DNA of 64,000 nucleotides from Giardia intestinalis (Eukaryota): NCBI GenBank assembly GCA_000002435.2, contig CM018792.1; one strand, 5' to 3'. Shown piece by piece: positions 1 to 7,776 of this stretch (position 1 is its first letter; each line of letters starts with the position of its first letter). The notes under the pieces were generated by a model. It saw only the letters and a program-made list of their open reading frames with translations, ran no database searches and was not told where the DNA came from. The position numbers and the translations under genes were made by a program.

Positions 1-239
1 CTCCTGCATTCTGTGGTGCCGTACATGTGGCGCAGTTCTCCACTCCCTTTGTCGCGCCATCTCCCACCGTGTCCCAGCACAGGATGCACTCCCTTCCCTT
101 CTCTGGTGTTGCAGCCGGGTTCTGGAATATGTACTGGTTATCTACCTTACAAGCAGTGCACACTCCACTACTGGCCTGTGTGCATATCTCACTCCACTAT
201 CACCCATTATCACACATTGTACAGCATTCACTACCTAAG
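1..239 (-). pseudogene. Partial VSP-like unit (N-terminal-encoding part) whose 3' portion lies beyond the window start
   Basis: Bases 1-239 are near-identical to 7600-7780, the 5' part of unit 4 plus the inter-unit junction. They include the junction motif ...cattatcacacattgtacagcattcactacctaagtca and are immediately followed by the stop of unit 1 at 240. This implies the tandem array continues leftwards beyond the window. Confidence 0.35.
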
Positions 240-2102
240 TCACGCCTTCCCCCTGCAGATGAACCACCAGCAGAGGAACCCTATGAGACCCCCCACGACG
301 ACGACCACAGCGACGGAGATCCCCGCGATGGCCCCCGTGGAGAGCCCGCCCCTGTTGGCGCCAGAGGACACACACTTACCACCCTCTAGACTGTATCCAT
401 CAACACACTCCCCACATATATTATCCATCACACAGCTCTTGCAGTTGGTGTCAGAGCATGTCACACACCCAGTGCCATCCTTGTTGGGCACCTTACTATT
501 GTCACAGGAGGTACACACAGCAGCAGTCATGCCAGCTGTTGTTAGAGCTGTTGGTGCTGTACACCGGGAGCAGCCATATACTCCTACATATGCCTTAGCG
601 GTACTATCAGTGCCTACTAGTGTGCCTAGGGGGTTACTACAAGCCAACACAGACTGATCAGTGTTGGATGCACCAGGCACTACGAAGTACCTATTGTTGG
701 CTGCTTCTGTGCAGATCCCAGTATTACCTGCTGTCTTGCACATGAAGCTACCAGGAGCCTTCTGAGTGCTATAACAGCCACCCATGTATAGGAAGTAGTT
801 GTTGGTGCACTGTGTACATACACCATTAGCACAAGTATTCCCAGCCTTTTGAGCCTCACTAGCACAGAGACCATCTATAGGAGCTTGTGAACTATCTCCA
901 CAATAGGAACAGTAGTGCTTTGTGGTGCCCTGATCATCTATTACGATGGCATCACAAGAGCCAGCTGTCCCCCCACAAGCCGTGGGGTCCTCGCAGGTCT
1001 TCTCTGTGCATGTATAGTTGTCTGAGGTTCCAGCGGGCTTCCTGTTAGGCTTGCACTTTGTGCACTTGAGAGGTCCTGTAGACTCCTTTGTGCACTCGGC
1101 ACACCCATCGATGCCCCCCTGTGCATTATCACAAGCAACGCACTCACCAGTAGGACCATTGCCTTTCATGAAGAACCCAGGCTTGCATGTATCACACTTA
1201 TCATTGCCAGTTTGAGTGCAGGTGGCACAGTTAGCACCTGGACAAGCGGTGCATGTAACCGTACCACTACCACTACTGTAGTATCCATCGAGGCACTCCG
1301 AGCAGGTCGGCGGTGTCGCCGAGTCCTTGGTACACTTCTTACACCCGGCAATGCCCTGGTAATTTGGATCGGCTCCAGCTGAAACGGTACTGCATAAAAC
1401 ACATGTTTTGTCCTCCTTCATAAATAGGGCCTCGTCAGCGCCTTTACATCCAGCGTAGTCTTTTGTCACGCACGTCGAGGTCCCATCAAGGGCCGTCCTG
1501 GGGATCTTACTGTTATCACAAGCTGTGCACTTCGGCTTCTTGGTAGTCGAATCAACCTCACACTGGGTACATGCTTGATCTATCGTGTTGCAAGGAAGGC
1601 ACTTCCCCGACTCCGGGTCAGCATAAGTGTTTCCAGTGCATCCATTATTATTCACGCATGACTTGTCAGTCTTCAGGTACTTCCCCTCTGGACACGATGT
1701 GCAATGATTCGGACCACTTCCATCGCAGGTCAGACAGGACTGATCACACTTCTCACATGCATCACCCTTCTTAATGTATCCATCTTGGCAGACAGTGCAT
1801 GTGGCCGGTCCGCTAGTGCCCGTGTGGGAGCATTCTGAGCATCCAGCGACTCCCATGACCCCGTTTCTATCTATAGTATCGGAGCACAAGATGCACTCAC
1901 TACCCTTCTCTGATGGTGTAACTGGGTTCTTGAACAGGCCGTTAGCTGTATTACAAGCAGTGCACAGTCCTCCCTCAGCCTTTGTGCATATCTCACTGCC
2001 AGGGTGTGCATCCTTGTTGTAGCACCCGCCCATGAAGAGGAGTCTCATACTATCACTATCACCCCCACACCACATAGCACTATCACTATCACTGTACAGC
2101 AT
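240..2102 (-). CDS. vsp: Variant-specific surface protein (VSP)-like unit 1, lacking an N-terminal signal peptide (possible pseudogene/cassette)
   Basis: The 620-aa product is Cys-rich with many CXXC motifs and a GGCY motif. Its C-terminal hydrophobic segment ends ...GFLCWWFICRGKA-stop, the Giardia VSP signature. The ATG at 2100-2102 is real, but it is embedded in the previous unit's poly(A) signal (AGTGAATG), and no signal peptide follows (MLYSDSDSAMWCGG...). The N-terminal two-thirds are identical to units 2 and 3; the C-terminal part matches unit 5. Confidence 0.8.
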   Translation of the reverse strand: MLYSDSDSAMWCGGDSDSMRLLFMGGCYNKDAHPGSEICTKAEGGLCTACNTANGLFKNPVTPSEKGSECILCSDTIDRNGVMGVAGCSECSHTGTSGPATCTVCQDGYIKKGDACEKCDQSCLTCDGSGPNHCTSCPEGKYLKTDKSCVNNNGCTGNTYADPESGKCLPCNTIDQACTQCEVDSTTKKPKCTACDNSKIPRTALDGTSTCVTKDYAGCKGADEALFMKEDKTCVLCSTVSAGADPNYQGIAGCKKCTKDSATPPTCSECLDGYYSSGSGTVTCTACPGANCATCTQTGNDKCDTCKPGFFMKGNGPTGECVACDNAQGGIDGCAECTKESTGPLKCTKCKPNRKPAGTSDNYTCTEKTCEDPTACGGTAGSCDAIVIDDQGTTKHYCSYCGDSSQAPIDGLCASEAQKAGNTCANGVCTQCTNNYFLYMGGCYSTQKAPGSFMCKTAGNTGICTEAANNRYFVVPGASNTDQSVLACSNPLGTLVGTDSTAKAYVGVYGCSRCTAPTALTTAGMTAAVCTSCDNSKVPNKDGTGCVTCSDTNCKSCVMDNICGECVDGYSLEGGKCVSSGANRGGLSTGAIAGISVAVVVVVGGLIGFLCWWFICRGKA

Positions 2103-2114
2103 TCACTACCTAAG

Positions 2115-4016
2115 TCACGCCTTCCCCCTGCACAGGAACCACCAGCAGAGGAAGCCCACGAGGCCCCCCACGACAGCGACCACGGCGACGGCAATGCCCG
2201 CGATGGCCCCCGTGCGGAGGCCGCTCCTATTACTGCCAGAGGACACACAGGAGGCCCCAGCATCATCAGGGCTGTACCCATCGTTGCACACACAGACAGA
2301 GTTATCATCAGTGGAGTTGCTGGGACAGCCATCCACGCATGACTTCCTCCCAGGGCTCACCTTCCCACTACTACATGCCTCGCACATGTCATCCCTGTTG
2401 GGCTTCTTACTACTGTCACAGGAGGTACAGACAGCGGGGGCCATACCACCATCAGACAGAGCTGCTGGGGCTGTACACTGGGAGCAGCCCTCTACCCCCA
2501 CATATGCCTTAGCAGTATTACCAGTGCCTGTCAGTGTGCCAAGGGGGTTACTACAAGCCAACACAGACTGATCAGTGTTGGATGCACCAGGCACTACGAA
2601 GTACCTATTGTTGGCTGCTTCTGTGCAGATCCCAGTATTACCTGCTGTCTTGCACATGAAGCTACCAGGAGCCTTCTGAGTGCTATAACAGCCACCCATG
2701 TATAGGAAGTAGTTGTTGGTGCACTGTGTACATACACCATTAGCACAAGTATTCCCAGCCTTTTGAGCCTCACTAGCACAGAGACCATCTATAGGAGCTT
2801 GTGAACTATCTCCACAATAGGAACAGTAGTGCTTTGTGGTGCCCTGATCATCTATTACGATGGCATCACAAGAGCCAGCTGTCCCCCCACAAGCCGTGGG
2901 GTCCTCGCAGGTCTTCTCTGTGCATGTATAGTTGTCTGAGGTTCCAGCGGGCTTCCTGTTAGGCTTGCACTTTGTGCACTTGAGAGGTCCTGTAGACTCC
3001 TTTGTGCACTCGGCACACCCATCGATGCCCCCCTGTGCATTATCACAAGCAACGCACTCACCAGTAGGACCATTGCCTTTCATGAAGAACCCAGGCTTGC
3101 ATGTATCACACTTATCATTGCCAGTTTGAGTGCAGGTGGCACAGTTAGCACCTGGACAAGCGGTGCATGTAACCGTACCACTACCACTACTGTAGTATCC
3201 ATCGAGGCACTCCGAGCAGGTCGGCGGTGTCGCCGAGTCCTTGGTACACTTCTTACACCCGGCAATGCCCTGGTAATTTGGATCGGCTCCAGCTGAAACG
3301 GTACTGCATAAAACACATGTTTTGTCCTCCTTCATAAATAGGGCCTCGTCAGCGCCTTTACATCCAGCGTAGTCTTTTGTCACGCACGTCGAGGTCCCAT
3401 CAAGGGCCGTCCTGGGGATCTTACTGTTATCACAAGCTGTGCACTTCGGCTTCTTGGTAGTCGAATCAACCTCACACTGGGTACATGCTTGATCTATCGT
3501 GTTGCAAGGAAGGCACTTCCCCGACTCCGGGTCAGCATAAGTGTTTCCAGTGCATCCATTATTATTCACGCATGACTTGTCAGTCTTCAGGTACTTCCCC
3601 TCTGGACACGATGTGCAATGATTCGGACCACTTCCATCGCAGGTCAGACAGGACTGATCACACTTCTCACATGCATCACCCTTCTTAATGTATCCATCTT
3701 GGCAGACAGTGCATGTGGCCGGTCCGCTAGTGCCCGTGTGGGAGCATTCTGAGCATCCAGCGACTCCCATGACCCCGTTTCTATCTATAGTATCGGAGCA
3801 CAAGATGCACTCACTACCCTTCTCTGATGGTGTAACTGGGTTCTTGAACAGGCCGTTAGCTGTATTACAAGCAGTGCACAGTCCTCCCTCAGCCTTTGTG
3901 CATATCTCACTGCCAGGGTGTGCATCCTTGTTGTAGCACCCGCCCATGAAGAGGAGTCTCATACTATCACTATCACCCCCACACCACATAGCACTATCAC
4001 TATCACTGTACAGCAT
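2115..4016 (-). CDS. vsp: VSP-like unit 2, lacking a signal peptide (possible pseudogene/cassette)
   Basis: The 633-aa product has the CRGKA tail, a C-terminal TM segment and CXXC/GGCY motifs. It is more than 99% identical at DNA level to unit 3 over about 1.7 kb. The ATG at 4014-4016 is only 12 nt downstream of unit 3's stop codon. Confidence 0.8.
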   Translation of the reverse strand: MLYSDSDSAMWCGGDSDSMRLLFMGGCYNKDAHPGSEICTKAEGGLCTACNTANGLFKNPVTPSEKGSECILCSDTIDRNGVMGVAGCSECSHTGTSGPATCTVCQDGYIKKGDACEKCDQSCLTCDGSGPNHCTSCPEGKYLKTDKSCVNNNGCTGNTYADPESGKCLPCNTIDQACTQCEVDSTTKKPKCTACDNSKIPRTALDGTSTCVTKDYAGCKGADEALFMKEDKTCVLCSTVSAGADPNYQGIAGCKKCTKDSATPPTCSECLDGYYSSGSGTVTCTACPGANCATCTQTGNDKCDTCKPGFFMKGNGPTGECVACDNAQGGIDGCAECTKESTGPLKCTKCKPNRKPAGTSDNYTCTEKTCEDPTACGGTAGSCDAIVIDDQGTTKHYCSYCGDSSQAPIDGLCASEAQKAGNTCANGVCTQCTNNYFLYMGGCYSTQKAPGSFMCKTAGNTGICTEAANNRYFVVPGASNTDQSVLACSNPLGTLTGTGNTAKAYVGVEGCSQCTAPAALSDGGMAPAVCTSCDSSKKPNRDDMCEACSSGKVSPGRKSCVDGCPSNSTDDNSVCVCNDGYSPDDAGASCVSSGSNRSGLRTGAIAGIAVAVVAVVGGLVGFLCWWFLCRGKA

Positions 4017-4021
4017 TCACT
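4015..4021 (-). terminator. Putative Giardia polyadenylation signal AGTGAAT (AGTRAAY) for unit 3, 8 nt after its stop; it overlaps the ATG of unit 2
   Basis: The minus-strand sequence reads TGA cttaggt AGTGAATG. The same arrangement recurs at 226-232, 2101-2107, 5932-5938 and 7763-7769. Confidence 0.55.
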
Positions 4022-4028
4022 ACCTAAG

Positions 4029-5933
4029 TCACGCCTTCCCCCTGCACAGGAACCACCAGCAGAGGAAGCCCACGAGGCCCCCCACGACAGCGACCACGGC
4101 GACGGCAATGCCCGCGATGGCCCCCGTGCTGAGGCCGCTCCTATTACTGCCAGAGGACACACAGGAGGCCCCAGCATCATCAGGGCTGTACCCATCGTTG
4201 CACACACAGACAGAGTTATCATCAGTGGAGTTGCTGGGACAGCCATCCACGCATGACTTCCTCCCAGGGCTCACCTTCCCACTACTACATGCCTCGCACA
4301 TGTCATCCCTGTTGGGCTTCTTACTACTGTCACAGGAGGTACAGACAGCGGGGGCCATACCACCATCAGACAGAGCTGCTGGGGCTGTACACTGGGAGCA
4401 GCCCTCTACCCCCACATATGCCTTAGCAGTATTACCAGTGCCTGTCAGTGTGCCAAGGGGGTTACTACAAGCCAACACAGACTGATCAGTGTTGGATGCA
4501 CCAGGCACTACGAAGTACCTATTGTTGGCTGCTTCTGTGCAGATCCCAGTATTACCTGCTGTCTTGCACATGAAGCTACCAGGAGCCTTCTGAGTGCTAT
4601 AACAGCCACCCATGTATAGGAAGTAGTTGTTGGTGCACTGTGTACATACACCATTAGCACAAGTATTCCCAGCCTTTTGAGCCTCACTAGCACAGAGACC
4701 ATCTATAGGAGCTTGTGAACTATCTCCACAATAGGAACAGTAGTGCTTTGTGGTGCCCTGATCATCTATTACGATGGCATCACAAGAGCCAGCTGTCCCC
4801 CCACAAGCCGTGGGGTCCTCGCAGGTCTTCTCTGTGCATGTATAGTTGTCTGAGGTTCCAGCGGGCTTCCTGTTAGGCTTGCACTTTGTGCACTTGAGAG
4901 GTCCTGTAGACTCCTTTGTGCACTCGGCACACCCATCGATGCCCCCCTGTGCATTATCACAAGCAACGCACTCACCAGTAGGACCATTGCCTTTCATGAA
5001 GAACCCAGGCTTGCATGTATCACACTTATCATTGCCAGTTTGAGTGCAGGTGGCACAGTTAGCACCTGGACAAGCGGTGCATGTAACCGTACCACTACCA
5101 CTACTGTAGTATCCATCGAGGCACTCCGAGCAGGTCGGCGGTGTCGCCGAGTCCTTGGTACACTTCTTACACCCGGCAATGCCCTGGTCATTTGGATCGG
5201 CTCCAGCTGAAACGGTACTGCATAAAACACATGTTTTGTCCTCCTTCATAAATAGGGCCTCGTCAGCGCCTTTACATCCAGCGTAGTCTTTTGTCACGCA
5301 CGTCGAGGTCCCATCAAGGGCCGTCCTGGGGATCTTACTGTTATCACAAGCTGTGCACTTCGGCTTCTTGGTAGTCGAATCAACCTCACACTGGGTACAT
5401 GCTTGATCTATCGTGTTGCAAGGAAGGCACTTCCCCGACTCCGGGTCAGCATAAGTGTTTCCAGTGCATCCATTATTATTCACGCATGACTTGTCAGTCT
5501 TCAGGTACTTCCCCTCTGGGCACGATGTACAATGATTCTGACCACTTCCATCGCAGGTCAGACAGGACGGATCACACTGCTTGCATTCGTTATTCTCTTT
5601 ATAGTACCCTGCTTGGCACTCAGTGCACGTGGCAGGTCCTGGACTATTAGTTGGTTCCGTGCACTTGAGGCAGTTAGCCACCCCCGTATATCCATCTGCT
5701 CCCTTGGTATCCCAGCAGAGGATGCACTCCCTTCCCTTCTCTGATGGTGTAGCAGGGTTCTTGAACAGGCCGTTAGCTGTATTACACTCAGTGCACACTC
5801 CATTACTGGCTGCTGTGCATATCTCACTGCCAGGGTGTGCATCCTTGTTGTAGCACCCGCCCATGAAGAGGAGTCTCATACTATCACTATCACCCCCACA
5901 CCACATAGCACTATCACTATCACTGTACAGCAT
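4029..5933 (-). CDS. vsp: VSP-like unit 3, lacking a signal peptide (possible pseudogene/cassette)
   Basis: The 634-aa product has the CRGKA tail. It is identical to unit 2 except for a divergent stretch of roughly 110 aa near the N-terminus (SEICTAASNGVCTECNTANG...ECQAGYYKENNECKQCDPSCLTCDGSG). Confidence 0.8.
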   Translation of the reverse strand: MLYSDSDSAMWCGGDSDSMRLLFMGGCYNKDAHPGSEICTAASNGVCTECNTANGLFKNPATPSEKGRECILCWDTKGADGYTGVANCLKCTEPTNSPGPATCTECQAGYYKENNECKQCDPSCLTCDGSGQNHCTSCPEGKYLKTDKSCVNNNGCTGNTYADPESGKCLPCNTIDQACTQCEVDSTTKKPKCTACDNSKIPRTALDGTSTCVTKDYAGCKGADEALFMKEDKTCVLCSTVSAGADPNDQGIAGCKKCTKDSATPPTCSECLDGYYSSGSGTVTCTACPGANCATCTQTGNDKCDTCKPGFFMKGNGPTGECVACDNAQGGIDGCAECTKESTGPLKCTKCKPNRKPAGTSDNYTCTEKTCEDPTACGGTAGSCDAIVIDDQGTTKHYCSYCGDSSQAPIDGLCASEAQKAGNTCANGVCTQCTNNYFLYMGGCYSTQKAPGSFMCKTAGNTGICTEAANNRYFVVPGASNTDQSVLACSNPLGTLTGTGNTAKAYVGVEGCSQCTAPAALSDGGMAPAVCTSCDSSKKPNRDDMCEACSSGKVSPGRKSCVDGCPSNSTDDNSVCVCNDGYSPDDAGASCVSSGSNRSGLSTGAIAGIAVAVVAVVGGLVGFLCWWFLCRGKA

Positions 5934-5945
5934 TCACTACCTAAG

Positions 5946-7700
5946 TCACGCCTTCCCCCTGCACAGGAACCACCAGCAGAGGAAGCCCACGAGGCCCCCC
6001 ACGACAGCGACCACGGCGACGGCAATGCCCGCGATGGCCCCCGTGCGGAGGCCGCTCCTATTACTGCCAGAGGACACACAGGAGGCCCCAGCATCATCAG
6101 GGCTGTACCCATCGTTGCACACACAGACAGAGTTATCATCAGTGGAGTTGCTGGGACAGCCATCCACGCATGACTTCCTCCCAGGGCTCACCTTCCCACT
6201 ACTACATGCCTCGCACATGTCATCCCTGTTGGGCTTCTTACTACTGTCACAGGAGGTACAGACAGCGGGGGCCATACCACCATCAGACAGAGCTGCTGGG
6301 GCTGTACACTGGGAGCAGCCCTCTACCCCGACGTATGCCTTAGTATCTACTAGTGTGCCTAATGGGTTGCCACAGGCCAGGACAGACTGATCAGTGTTGG
6401 ATGCACCAGGGACTACGAAGTACTTATTATTCTCATTGGCAGCTGTACACTTACCATCGGCTGCTGTCTTGCACATGAGGCTTCCTGGTTCTGTATCATA
6501 CTTATAACACCCACCCATGTACAAGAAGTAGTTGTTAGTGCATTGTGTACATACACCTTGATCACATTGATTATTTGCTTTAGCACTATTACACTTCCCA
6601 TCTATAGGATACGTATTAGCTTCTCCACAGTATGAGCAATAATGATGCTCTACACCCTTATCATCAATCACTATTGCATCGCAGGCACCAGAGGTACCAC
6701 CACAAGCAGTGTCATCCTCACAGGTCTTCACACATGTATAGTCATCCCCCGCATCTCCATTGGATTGCTTCCTGTAGTTAGGCTTACATTCAGTGCATTT
6801 GAATCCACCAGTGTTAGAGCATGCACTGCACCCTTCGCGGCCCTTATTGTCCACACTGTCGCATGAGACACACTCACCAGGGGCGCCACTCTTCAGGAAG
6901 AACCCGGGCTTGCAGGTTTGGCACTGGTTAGCATTAGCGCTGTTGCAGGTGGCACAGTTGGTCCCACAGGGCTTGCAGGTGGTATCAAAGTAGAATCCAG
7001 GGAGGCATTCTGAGCAGATTGGAGGCTGTGCCAGGTCGGTTTTCTTACACCCACTGCACTCAGCAATTCCCTTGTTGGGGGCGGTTCCTCCGGTAGCGCT
7101 GCATAGTATGCAACTGTTCTCATCCTGGCTTAGGAAGTGTGTTCCCACTGTGTTTAGCGCTGCACATCCCGCCTTATCCACGCACTCTGTTGATCCATCG
7201 ACATACCCTTTAAGGAGAGGCTTGGCTCCCCCACAGGCGGTGCACTTCGGCTTCTGTAGCTTTGCATCGTACGTGCAAGCAGTGCACTCTGGTATGCCCC
7301 CCTGATCTGCTCCAGCGTTACAAGCTATGCACTTGCCGGTGCTTGGGTCGGGGTACTTATCTCCATTACAACTGCTAGCATCTACACAATTATTCCCATC
7401 GAGATACTTCTCGCCCGCACAGAGGGTGCACTTAGTTGCGCCCTCACCGCTGCAAGTCAGACAAGCTTCATTACATTTGACACATGCACCGTTACCATCT
7501 TTATAGTACCCTGCTTGACACTCTGTACACGTGGCAGGTCCTGCATTCCCCGGTGCTGTACACTTGAGGCAGTTGGCCACTCCTTTGTTCTCATTCGCTC
7601 CCGTGGCATCATGACAGAGGATGCACTCCCCACCAGGGGTCACCTTCTCTGCCTTGTTCTGGAATATGTACTGACTATCTGTATTACACTCAGTGCACAC
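5946..7700 (-). pseudogene. vsp: VSP-like unit 4: 5'-truncated, with no ATG (track 'M' is a GTG)
   Basis: The 584-aa ORF has a C-terminal 130 aa identical to units 2 and 3, including CRGKA. Its N-terminal part is divergent. The first codon at 7698-7700 is GTG. Reading the frame further upstream meets a stop before any ATG. The unit begins mid-domain (…SEICT… equivalent) right after unit 5's stop and poly(A) signal. Confidence 0.7.
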
Positions 7701-7776
7701 TCCACTACTGGCCTGTGTGCATATCTCACTCCACTATCACCCATTATCACACATTGTACAGCATTCACTACCTAAG

